This document shows, piece by piece, positions 27,011 to 38,095 of a DNA stretch of 64,000 nucleotides. Each line of letters begins with the position of its first letter. Within the stretch, counting starts at the first letter, position 1. Made by a program: the position numbers and the translations under genes. The stretch is from positions 59,272,001 to 59,336,000 of the forward strand of contig NC_087446.1 of assembly GCF_036321535.1 (NCBI RefSeq), written 5' to 3'. This stretch comes from Camelus dromedarius (Eukaryota). The notes beneath the pieces were generated by a model that did not search any database, had not been told where the DNA came from, and worked only from the letters and a program-made list of their open reading frames with translations.

Positions 27011-29549
27011 GACAAAGTGAAGCAGCTTGGTTTGGATTTTGCCTTCAGGAGTGAGCTTGAGCTTGATCCCTGAGTTTTTCGTCTTGCTTCACCTTTCACG
27101 CCATGGAAACTGGACTGCTGGACACTATCAACTGCTTCTCAAGTCCAGCAGCCTGGTGACCTTTGGATTTATTTTCCATTTGTGCTCTACAGAGAGATTC
27201 TACCTTTATTGTTAAGCTTGGAGACTTTCATAAGTATATAAACATATGTATTTATAAATGGAGATTTATATATGGAGATTTTTTATATACATATAGATTA
27301 TATAATCTACAGCTATAACTATAAGTCTGTGTATCTGTGTATCTATATCCCTTTTTCCCCATTCTTTGTGCCACTCGGACAAAGCCTTTTATTGAGGCTG
27401 AAAAGCTATATACTCATTAGTTATCCTTATACCATATTTACATAACACCTATTTGCAAAATCATTTGATTGGGAATTTAGGATTTTGTTTAATGCCAAAG
27501 GTTTTACCTTGAGGAGGAAGAAGGGCTAAAAGGTGGTCTGCTCTCAAGAGTACCTGGCAGAGCCTGGCTTTCAGACTCCCCAAGGCTCACAGAAAGTGGG
27601 TGCTGACCAGAGCTCTCCTGCCTTTGCCTTAAGTGATTCTCCAGACTTCGTCTTCCTCTCACAACTTCGACGTGTTACTCCTTTGCTTGAACCTGAAGCT
27701 TTCTGTTATAGCCAGAGACAACAGCGTAAGAGCTCTGGGATGTCCTGAGATAACATCTTCTCATTTCGGTGAAGGCTGGACATGAGGGCACATGAGTGAG
27801 TCCCTGCTGTTCCAGCCGGGTGTCAGCCTGGGGCAAGGGGAGACTTTCAGAAACACTCCAGGAGGGGAGTTCCTTGTCCTGCACAGTGAGACTCCTCCAC
27901 TGTGCACCTGTGGGCATAGCTAATGGCACATTGCCCACAACACACACCGGCATGTGTTAAGTTCTGCCTGCCCTGGAAAGAGCGAGATGTCTTCTAAGCG
28001 ATAGAAAGTGTAGCTGGCCGCTTGCTGCCTCCCAGCAGGAACATCTCCTACCCCACTTACTCTCAGTAGTGCTCTTTCTCTCTCTCCCAGCCTGCGGCCA
28101 AATACAGACCCCTGGGTGGCTGCCTCAGGGCCTTGAACTCTGGTAGGTAGCCCACCGGCAATGGATGCAGTAACTTAGCTGGGGGTGGACGTGGGGGATG
28201 TTTTCTTTTGTTTTCGGTTTATCAAAGTGTCACAGATTTAACACACTGAAAATGTCCCTGTGGACTGAGGAAGTCACACACATTGCATGTTGTCAGTGCC
28301 TAAAGGGCATAGTTTCAAGTTCCTAGGTGCTCAGAGGAATGTGTGTATCGGACCAGCACGGGATGCCCGAGCTGTGGATAAAGGAGAGGATTGCACCTGC
28401 ACAAACCCTTCTATGTGCCTAAAATTAATGGGATCTCAGTATCCAGAGGAGGGGCTGATGAATCCCCGGTCACCCTGCTCATTCCTCATACAGAACCTCT
28501 CTTTATCCTTTTTATTGGTGAGCGTGATTGGCAGTTCTGAACCCACCTCTGTGGGTCTCCTTCTATAAAACAAGTGATGGAGAAGGGTACAGACATTTTC
28601 GGCCTTAACTAGTTCTTATTCTTATAACAAAATTCAGCCACTGTCTTCTCAGTCAGTGGCTCCTGACGCAGCTACAGGATACTTTCACGGTCACGCCTAA
28701 GCTCTGAGATGTGACTGGGCCCCTGGAAGGACTCTGTGGACACTGAGTGCTTGGGTCACACAGGGTTCATGCAGCCTGGGAGTGTGACAGAGATGAATCG
28801 GCACTTAGTAGGACTCGAGGTCTTTTGTGAATGCAGGGCCAAATCGAAGCAAAGAAATTCCTCTTCAGAATTTACAAAAGGGACATTCCACGTTTGCTGT
28901 TACGTTAAATGGTACAGAGATACGTAAAGGAAATTTAACTCTTCCTTCCACTTCCATCCCTTCCTTCCTACTCTTTCAAACATAATTTATGCTATCAGAC
29001 AGCCTGGTGTCAAGGTGGCCAGTTAGAACAGTGAGCCAAACTGAAAATAAGATTGAAACCTTTATTCACTCACTGTGATGGTGCAGGCAAGAGGCAAAGA
29101 GAAGGAAAGCGCTCCGTGTTCCCCACAGAAGGACACCGGGCCAGGGCCGGGCAATGGCACGCAGCAGAGACAGGAGGAGTTTTCTCAGGGCTGGTGCTGG
29201 CAGGGGGGAGTGGCAGGCGGGTGGTGGAGAGACGGAAGGACTCAGAGTGGAAAAGTACTGAGTCAAAGTGGAGGGAAGTGTCTTTGCCAAGACTCCCGGG
29301 GAAGGTGCCTAGGCGGGGAAGGCAGAAATGTGTGTACAGGTGACCTGCGGGGGACGGTGGGGAGAGGGAGCCCTGGCCTGCAGCCCACCCCCTCTTCCTC
29401 CCCAGAGACCGCAGAGCGCTGGCTGAGCACCAGGTGTGGGGAGGGCAGCTTCCCGGCAGGCCTGCCCGGGAAAGCCTTTGCAGAGCCTGAAGGAACACAC
29501 ACAGGGTTCTGGCCTGGAATCAGACACCTCTTGAGTATAGGGCATCTGT

Positions 29550-30290
29550 ATCTAGTTTTTGTTTTTACAAAAATGGGGTTATACCACACATTACTCTACA
29601 ACATGCTTTTCTTTCTTAAAAGTACACAAAATGTAGACTCAGCTCTTGGTTTCGGGTTTGTGTGTGTGTGTGTGATTGTGTAATATCTCACAGATTACAA
29701 ACCAATCCGTTCAACAATTCCCCTATTGATAGACATTCAGACTGTATCCAGTCTTTGCCACAACAAATAATGTTAAGAATGAATCGCTGACTTGTACTGA
29801 GCCTTTTATTTCTTTAGGGCATATTCCCCGAAGTAGGATGGCTGAGACATTGGTTATGTAGTTACAATTGTAGGAGATTTAAAAGGGGTCATGATTCACA
29901 TCCCCTTTAATTATGAGAATGATTTTTTCACTTCACCCTAGGAGAGCTGCTGTATGTCGTTAATTTTTTCAATAAATGTTTACCAACCTGATGAGCAGAA
30001 ATTACTTAATTTTTACTTTAAGTTGCCTTTTCCTGGACGAGTGAGGCGGGGCTTCCTGTCACGTGTTTATTGAATGTCTGAATTTTCCCTCCTGTCACTT
30101 GCCTGATCGCATCTTTTATATCTGTTTTCTTTTGCTTGTTTGTCAGATGCCTTTTGGAGAAGGTCCCTCCTGCTCTGAGATGGGTTTGACAGGAGTGAGT
30201 GTGATCTCCTTAAAAGAAGTTGTAAAATTGATCAAATACCTGAAATGTGCATCCCATTTGGTCCTTTATTTTTCTCTTGACCAGTTAACC
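29550..30290 (-). mobile_element. Old LINE-1 (L1ME-like) fragment
   Basis: caattcccctattgatagacattcagactgtatccagtctttgcc...gcatattccccgaagtaggatggctg; degraded antisense L1. Confidence 0.6.
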
Positions 30291-32034
30291 TTTTGACCAG
30301 TGTGTGGAACAAAAAGTAGGTCTTTTTGACCCCATATGGTGACACTGGTGGGTATAAATAGCAGAATTTTCTAGAACCTGTTTTCTGAGCTCAGAATTCT
30401 CATCAGTTAGGAATAAATTGTTCTTATCCTCTCGTGCACCTTATCTTATCTTATCTTATCTCGTGCAGCGAATGTGGGGAAGTGAGGGCTTAAAAACTGT
30501 TAATGTCTTTGCTTTACCTCCTCTTCTCCCATCCTTGCAGTTGACTCACGAAATGCATTAAACCCTATCACTCACTGTGTCACAAGTGCTGCCCCTTCTA
30601 TTATACTGGATAAGAAATGAAAGCATGGAAATATGAATCACAGTCTCTGTGAATGAGAGGCTTAGCTTTGGGGAATGTGTTTAGGAACCGCCCACTCTGT
30701 GTGGTGCTGGGTACCAGGTGGGAGGTGGTTACATCAGCTGGTCTCTGGCCAGACACTGAGCAGGGAAACGCAGTGTCACCCTGACCACTGTCACATCCCC
30801 AGATCTGGACCCAAGGCCCCAGAAGAAAGGTCAGCCTGTGCCTAACTCTCCTTGACGCTCATTGCTGCCGTGGCTTTCTTGTTTTCTGTTTAGGAAAAAC
30901 ATTTCATAAGATAGTGAAGTGGAAGATATGACGTCTATAAGGATCCTATGATGAGAGAATGTGGCTTTAAAGGCATCTCTCTACTTTATTGGTTGTTTAG
31001 TACAGGGTTTGTCAGCCTTCATGTGCACTCTGTTCCCTTTGAAACCCCTTCCCTCTCACTGCCCTCCCCCGAGGCGGGAGACTAGCTCTCTGACAAATTG
31101 ATCCCAGGATCAGAGGGATGAAAGAGAGCTTGAAAGGAAGCCGGAATCACGTAGGAAGAGACATCGTGATGTAGGGACTGGAAGACTTGGCTGCCAAGCA
31201 TGCTGCCATCTTTACTCCACGGACGTCTCATAAAGGAGGAACTTGGCAGTTCAGACCAAGTGAAGACTGTCCTGTACATAGATGGATTTAGACACAATGA
31301 TCTATTTATGAAAGTAGGTAGGTAGGGTTACCCTAGTAGTAAGTATCAGAACTGAATGCTGATGCCTTACTGTGTGTGTGAATTTGAAATTGAAAACCAG
31401 TAACCCTAGTGGTGGCTGCATTCTCCCCGCTCCCACTAAGGACAGGGCCCTGCCTAGTTTCCCTTTATCTTTCAAGTCACTTTTCAGTGGTCCTTCAGCC
31501 AGAACAACATCCTTTTAGGCCCATTGTCTTTCTGTAAAACCAATGAAAACACATACGGATTTTTGAGGGCTCAGACTGTAGACAGACAGTTACAGACCTT
31601 GGTATTAAGAAAAGTCTTCTTTAGGGTCTTGTCTTCCGGGAGCCTCCCTTAGCCCATCCAAGTCCAGCTTACTCTTCATGCATTTAGTCACTTAACCCTC
31701 AGCAGGTAGTTACTGCGTGTCTGTCACGGGCCAGGCACTGAGTGCTGGAGAGTCAGAGACCACGGCTTAGACTCTGCCTGAAAACGTCGTCAGGTGGTTA
31801 GAGACGGGCCGCAGAGGCCGGCCGTCGCCGTGACGACTGGGACGGGCTGGGATGGGCTGGGATACACCGAGCATGTGACACTCTGGGTTCTCAGAGAAGG
31901 GGCGTCGAAGGTCGACCGGGAGGGCATTCTCCTGGGCCTACTTGGAGAAGGGGTTAGGTTGGCCAGAAGAAGGGAGAGGTAGGGCGAAAGGAATAGCTAG
32001 CGTGAGGCTCGGACCAGAAATACAGGCAGAACCC

Positions 32035-32158
32035 GGGGTGGAGGAGTGTGCACAGCTCAGTGGTAGAGTGTGTGCTTAGCATGCGTGAGGCCCTGGGTTC
32101 AATCCTCTAAAATTAAATAAAGAAACCTAATAAACAGCCCACTTCACCCCTAAAAATG
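32035..32158 (+). mobile_element. Camelid tRNA-derived SINE (Vic-1-like) with target-site duplication
   Basis: A-box cagctcagtgg (32053-32063), B-box ggttcaatcc (32096-32105) and an A-rich tail. Flanked by gaaatacaggcagaaccc (32017-32034) and gaaatataggcaaaaccc (32159-32176), 16/18 identical. Confidence 0.8.
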
Positions 32159-32772
32159 GAAATATAGGCAAAACCCAGATAATGAAGGAAATAGGGGAAT
32201 GCTGGGAAGGCACCCCCGGCTTGAGGTAGGGGGTATGATGTGATGAGAGTAGTGCTTTCAAGTCACCTTGGTGACCCTGTGGCGCCGGGGTCAGAGGAGG
32301 GCAGACCTGGGAGCAGGGAGGGCAGAGGAGAGCTCCTGAGGCAGGCAGACGAGCCCCGGAGGGGACCTGAACCCAGGCACCAACAGAAGGAACCAAGGAC
32401 AGGGACAGATTTGCATGCTGTGGAGCGGGCGCCAGCCCCAGGACTCGCTGCCTGCGTGGATGTGTCGGGTGAGAAAGGTGAGAAGGCTGAGATGGCATCT
32501 GAAATGGGCCCTGGGTGGAAAGGAACGCTGTTCCCTGAGACAGAAAAGGCTGGAAGAACAGATTTGGGGGTGTGGTGGGGGTAGCATCATTAAGTTTGAA
32601 GCATGTTGAGTCTGAGATGCCAGCGAGTATCCCAGCGCATATCCGTTGGCAGTTGGCTGCTCCCGGCAGGAGTGCAGCAGGGATGTGTGGGCTGGAGAGC
32701 ATATTTGGAATCATCAGCATATGTCGTTGTCGAAGCCATTGATTCATGCAGTAAATATTAAGGGCACACAGG

Positions 32773-32951
32773 CAGGGCCAGCTTCACGAGGGTGGGACCT
32801 GCACTGTCACACAGGACCCCCCACTCAGGAGGGCCCGCACGTTTGGCTTAGTGCGCTGCTGTCACAGTCGTAAAATTCTCATTAATTTTTAAGCAAAAGG
32901 CCTTGCATTTTCAGTTGGCACTGGACCCTGGAACTTATGTAGCCAGTCCTG
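32773..32951 (+). mobile_element. MER45A (hAT MITE), near full length
   Basis: cagggccagcttcacg...gtcacacaggacccccc...gcattttcagttggcactggaccctggaacttatgtagccagtcctg. Confidence 0.8.
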
Positions 32952-33599
32952 CTTGTAACTGCTGGACACCGTATGCAGTAGTGGAGCCCCAGTGTTGAGC
33001 AGGACAGACGTGGTTCTTGCCTGAGGAGCTTACAGGCTAGCGTGGAAGGCAGGCAGTTAAGTGATGAGCAACAGGATGGGATATGTGCTTTATTAGAAGG
33101 AATTCCAGGCTCAGGGAGCATGTGGGAGGGGCTTCTAAACCAAATCCCGGGGATTTGGGCATCAGGAGGTGAGTGCCCAGGGAGCGGGGTAAAGAGACAA
33201 AACGGCAGTCTCCCGGCACTAGAGGAGGAGAGGAGTCTGGGAGGGAGAGTCCTGGGAGGTAGGAGGGAAACCAGGAGGAGCCGTGTCCCAGAAGCCAGGG
33301 CTGGGAGAGACCATCAAAGGCTGCCAAGGAGATAGGGAATGAGGTCATGCCCAGTGGGTTGAGCAGCAAAGAGGCCGCTGAGGGTCTGGTGAGAGCAGTT
33401 GGGTGAGCAGAGGGCTAAGAAGTGAATTTACCTGTGTCTGATGGCTCAATGAGAGCGGAGGAAGTAGAGACCCGAAAGTTGATTATTAAGTGTAAACCTT
33501 GGCTGGGAAAGAACAGAGAACAGCCCGAGAAGGTGGGTTTCGGATTGGAGAGTGTTGTTCATTTGCTTTCAGTTTCGGTTTCAGTTTTTTTTGATTTTC

Positions 33600-33665
33600 A
33601 ACACAGTGTTTTGTTTTTTAAAACTGGTGTATAGTCAGTTACAACGTGTCAATTTCTTGAGCATA
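33600..33665 (-). mobile_element. Tiny LINE-1 extreme 3' end fragment
   Basis: gtatagtcagttacaacgtgtcaatttc is close to the reverse complement of the 3' end of the L1 at 20230-20260. Confidence 0.5.
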
Positions 33666-35404
33666 GTTTTGAACTCTGGGTAGAGAGAGCCAGTAGAGAG
33701 AGGGGCTGGGAATACAGAGGGAATAAGCGATGTAGGGGAGACCTCTGGGGTTGGAAGCGATGGGTGGACTCGCACTGGTCAGGAGGAGAAGGTGAGGGAG
33801 AGGGGAGTTTGCAGATGAAGGCTCCTCTCGCCTCTGTGAAGTCCGCCCCACTTTCCTTGTGTAAGTGGACTCCTGCCACCTCCTAGTTCCACTCTCTTCC
33901 TCGCTCAAATTCAAGGCAAAGCTTCTCCTGAATTCTCTCATCTGTTCTTATATTCAGTTATATTCACCAGGCTCCTGCTATGTGACAGGCGTGATGCCAA
34001 GCATTTGGAATTATAATAGTGAACAACCAGACCAGGCCCCCGACCTCCTGACACTCTGGTCCTGGAGGAGGAGCTCCTGTCTCTTGGCTGGGCGTGTGAC
34101 GTCTCCTCCCGACAGGCCCACTCTGACACCCCATCCTCCACCTTCCCTTTCTTCCTCGTCTTACTCACTGTCTTTTTCTTCCCTCCTAATATCCAACTTT
34201 CTTAGCCTGGAAGCTGGAGTTCAGGGACCATGAAGGAAAAAGGAAGAAAAAGAGTTAAGAGTAGCTTTAAGCAAAATTTTGAAACAGAAGGTTGCCTTGG
34301 GAATTTATGGCGTGACTTTTGCTCTAGTCCCCCACGTTCTCAGGACCCTTCTTGCTGCTTTCAGGTTAGGCCCCACCCTGGTCCTTGCTGACACCGCACC
34401 CTCGCTCCCCAAGTTTCTCTATCCTCTGCCAAAACCCTGCTCTCTTACTGTCCTTAGTCTCAGCTGATAAATAGGACAAAGACAATTTCAATTAACTTAC
34501 AGCGATTTGTGAATGGTGGATATCACCATTTCTGGGGGTTGGGAGATGGTTACATTTTACAAGTTTACAAGAAGGAATCTTTAATTTGTCCTATTTTCAG
34601 CAGGATAATAAGTGATACGACTGTTCCAGCAAGAGGCATCCTCTTTCCAGAGTCAGCCCCCCAAACCTTTCCATTTGCTCACAGGTCATTTTTCTCCTAG
34701 ATTCATGAATTCTTTAACGCCCCCAAGATTTGTGTTGTCACCTCCTCCCTTGCCTGCCCCCTCCACCAGTTTCTATGACAGCAGCAACGGGGCACAGGTG
34801 GCCAGGGGGTGGGGGAGGGGTCAAGTGGCTGCAGCCATTTACAGGGATAGTTTCTAAGTCAGGGACCGCCTGCCTCTCCAGGGCGAGGGAGAGGTGCCGA
34901 GGGTTTCTTGGCACAAAGAATACAGCCCCCTAGGCAGCGAGGCATCTACCCAGAGCTGAGCTCATCGATGGTATTTCCCGTGTTTGTGGGTCTTCACAGA
35001 GAAGTGTGTTGGTTCCCCAGGTCTCTGCATCCCTGACACCAGGGAGCTTTGAGGTTTGAACAGAATGCAGTTCCCCAAGCCGCTTGCATTTGTCGTAGAA
35101 ATGGTAGCCTTCGACCACAACAGGTCGATAATGGGGAGGTGCTGTCAGGAGCCACTGCAGAACAAGGGCTGAGCCCAGGAGGTTCCACCGGGAACAGGCT
35201 TAGGAAAGGTTGCTCCACACTTACCGATCCTGAAGCCTCTCCTTTAAACGTCTGCTTTGGGGAGCTCCGTTCTCCCAAGAGTACTGGGGTCAGTGGTCAC
35301 CCTTGGGCACGTTTTGGGGAGTGTATGGATTTCCTCCCTTTAAGATGAGATGAATGGTTTCTCCTGGACCCAGGATATGACCCTAGAATCTCAGGAGTCT
35401 AGGT

Positions 35405-35545
35405 CAGGTGCTCTCAGATGGTAATGTGCCTGTGAGTCGCCAGGGGCTCTTACGACAATGTAGGTTCTGATACATTAGTCTGTGGTGGAACCTGAGAGTC
35501 TGCATGCCTAACAAGCTCCCTGGGGAGGCCTGTGCTGCTGGCCCA
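35405..35545 (+). mobile_element. MER5-family MITE fragment
   Basis: tgagtcgccaggggctctt...ggttctgatacattagtctgtggtggaacctgagagtctgcatgcctaacaagctccctgggga. Confidence 0.6.
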
Positions 35546-35588
35546 CAGTAACCAGTCACCTGGAGCTCTGCTTTCTACTACTTCAAAC

Positions 35589-35781
35589 ACTAGCCCACTT
35601 ATGACTGCTTAACTTAAAGCTGAATTAATAAAATGTGAATAAAATTTAAAATTCAGTTTCTTGGCTGCACTAACCATAATTCAAATGCTCAGACCCACAT
35701 GTGGCTGGTTGCTGCCATACTGGACTGCACAGATTGAAGCACAAGTTTTAATGATCACAGAAAGTTCGATGGAAGAGCACT
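35589..35781 (-). mobile_element. MER3 (hAT MITE)
   Basis: taaaatttaaaattcagtttcttggctgcactaacc...ccacatgtggctggttgctgccatactggactgcacaga...cagaaagttc. Confidence 0.8.
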
Positions 35782-35814
35782 AGTGTAGAGTGAGCCTCTG
35801 TGCATGATTCATTG

Positions 35815-35960
35815 ACCCAGCCATTTATTCGCTGAGCATCTATTACGTGCCAGGTAGCATACTTGATGCTGGGCGTTAAGCTAGCAGAAAAAGTAAATGT
35901 CAGCTAATGAGAATGTCATGCCCTTAAAGATACCTACAGTGTGGTGAGGGATCCAGAGTT
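35815..35960 (-). mobile_element. L2 3' end just upstream of exon 5
   Basis: catttattcgctgagcatctattacgtgccaggtagc. Confidence 0.6.
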
Positions 35961-36075
35961 GGTGACAGTGAACTGGTGCCTTGAAGATTGGAAGGAAGAC
36001 TATCCCCTGAGCATGCATGTGTATTCTGACCTCGCTGTGGCGTTATCGCAGAATCCAGGTGCTTATGACATCGGC

Positions 36076-36102
36076 CACTGACATGCATTTTCACCATTGC
36101 AG
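36076..36102 (+). promoter_or_regulatory. Branch point and polypyrimidine tract of the exon 5 acceptor
   Basis: CACTGAC (branch A at 36081) followed by atgcattttcaccattgcag. Confidence 0.65.
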
Positions 36103-36187
36103 GGCTATAATCATCAGAAACGGAGAAATCATCCCCATGTCTTCGGAATTCACCCCCGAGACTGAGCGCCAGCGGCTTCAGTACCTG
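36103..36187 (+). CDS. PPM1H: PPM1H internal coding exon (exon 5, about R290-L318 in human numbering); Mg2+/Mn2+-dependent protein phosphatase 1H
   Basis: ttttcaccattgcAG acceptor (AG at 36101-36102) and CTG|GTAAGA donor (GT at 36188). The 85 nt translate, from a phase-2 start, to (R)AIIIRNGEIIPMSSEFTPETERQRLQYL, matching PPM1H as I recall it just after the NAGD(288)S motif. Confidence 0.95.
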
Positions 36188-37639
36188 GTAAGAGTCCTCT
36201 GGGTTTGGCAGAGCCCAGAGGTGGTGTCAGGGATGGTGTCGGAGCTGTTGGGGAGGAATGTGTTGCTATTAACATGAGTGCAGGCCCACAGCAGTAAGTG
36301 ACATATGGTATTAACTCCCCCTCACGCACCTCCTGGATCACACATCCCGGCTCCGTGTGCAACGACCCACTCCGTCTCCATGCATTTATTACCGTGGCTG
36401 ATTTTCTCCCATCTGTAACCAATCAAAGACCACGGTGCGCTCTGTTTCCTTTAATGGCTTAACACGAACAATATGAAACGTCGTGTTAAAGAAGGCAGCT
36501 ATCTTCTTCCTAGGCCTGCTATTCACTTTAACTCAAATAGAGGGTTCAGACGAGGCTGAATCTCGCCACGAGGAGGGTGGCAGCCCAAGATACACCGCTG
36601 CTTTGTGCTCAGATATGAAGTCTCCAGGGCTCTTGGGCAGAGATGCAGATGGCAGAAAAGTCTGTGTGTACCCTGAAAATACATTCACGTAGATCCCCCT
36701 CTTTGGAGCAAAATTACGAGAGGGCTATAGGAGGGCTGTTTGGTTTTTCAGATCTTAGAATTTTTGCTTCACTGAAGATTTGAGTTTTCTGGGAAACAGA
36801 ATAAATTCCCTGCCCTCAAACCAGGGGGTCGGGTGTTAGGCAGAATCTCAGTTCCATGACTATGGTCATCGTCCTGGATTACTCTGGGGTGGGCATCTTT
36901 GGGGATTATCTGTAAAGAGTAGTTCTGTGGATGAAATATTTCCTGCCAACCAGCTTTCTTTTTAGGCAGTGTGGCTAAGTTAGTGACCTTCTGCTCCTAG
37001 GAAAGAATTAACCCAGCCTTCTCCAGAAGGACTTGGTTCATGTCTAAATTCTGGCCTTTGGGAACAGCTGGGCTTTGAGGACTTTGGTCAATTTAGAAAG
37101 TAGCCGTGCACTCCCCTCACTTCCCTTCTCTGTGTTGTGTTGGTTTTACCCAGTAGCTAAGCTGTGTTGTTTTTGGTAGTTACCTGGTACATAAGACAGC
37201 AAGAATTTAGAACCAAGGTAAAAACGTTTCTTCAGGCTTTGACCAACAATTATTTTTGAATTTATCTTGCTGTGTTCAAGTAGATAAACCTGGAGCCACT
37301 TTGGGGGGCCCAGGATTAGAGCCCTCCCTGTGTTTGGCAGTCTCGGTGGGAGGAAGGGAATTGCAGCCCGTGGGACCCCATCCTCATCCCACTCTTACGC
37401 ACCAGCTGGGCAGCTTTGTTAGCTTTGTTGCAAGTCTCTTAACCTTTCCAGACCTTGACCTGTCACTTATAAAGGAGAGAGCTACAGGGTCCTTGCAAGT
37501 AGGGTTCATAACCGCCAGCCCCCTTGCTACCTGCTTAACTTTCTCCAATCCACCTTACACAAAGCCCCATGTGACCTTCACATGGACCTTGTCACGGCTT
37601 TGCCTAAAAACCATTGGCTCCCACGGTGGACAGAAGGCT

Positions 37640-38095
37640 GGCCACACTTGGCCAACCCAGAATCGGGGTTCCCATCTGCCTCTCCGGCATCACCTCACTG
37701 TTAACCCCACCGGTGCCACCGTGCATCCCAGGCTGCGGCTTTGATCTTTTGTTTTCAGGACACATTGTGATCTCTCCGACCTCCATGCCTTTGGAAATAT
37801 GCTCTGCCAGGATGATCCTTCCCCTCTTCTCTGCCAGGAAGACTCCTTGTCCTTTGAGACTCCAACAGAAATGTCACTTCCTCCAGGAAGTGTCCCCTTA
37901 CCTCCCAGGGGTCCGTCCCCAGTGCTCACACAGCTCCGTGTAGAAGCCCCCAGCCTGGGGTATTGTATTGCTTCTTCTGAGCTCTGTCTCCCCTTCCAGA
38001 CTGAGTCCTGGAGGGCAGGCCCCTTCCTTAGACGCTTGACAGCGTCAGTAGCCAGCACAGAGGAGACACTGAATCAGAATTTGTTGACTGAAGGA
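37640..38095 (+). mobile_element. L2 3' end
   Basis: aaatgtcacttcctccaggaag...ctgagtcctggagggcagg...gaatcagaatttgttgactgaag. Confidence 0.65.

Larger units (their letters stand above)
31670..33520 (-). mobile_element. L2 LINE fossils forming a nested cluster with the SINE and MER45A
   Basis: Antisense L2 3' ends at about 31670 and 32740 (ggagcttacaggctag) and L2 body motifs (gagatggcatctgaaatggg, gcatgttgagtctgagatgcc, tttggaatcatcagcata). Confidence 0.7.

Noticed and set aside
27294-27309. 16-bp perfect palindrome TAGATTATATAATCTA
   Set aside because: Lies in an AT-rich low-complexity tract where such palindromes are common.
29075-29683. 202-aa plus-strand ORF and overlapping antisense ORFs
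   Set aside because: GC-rich low-information sequence running into an L1 fragment and a (TG)n repeat.
32035-32110. tRNA-Ala gene
   Set aside because: Lacks the 3' acceptor stem and has an A-rich tail and TSD, so it is a SINE.
36017-36277. 86-aa ORF as a stand-alone gene
   Set aside because: Only 36103-36187 is the real exon, with canonical splice sites; the rest is intron.
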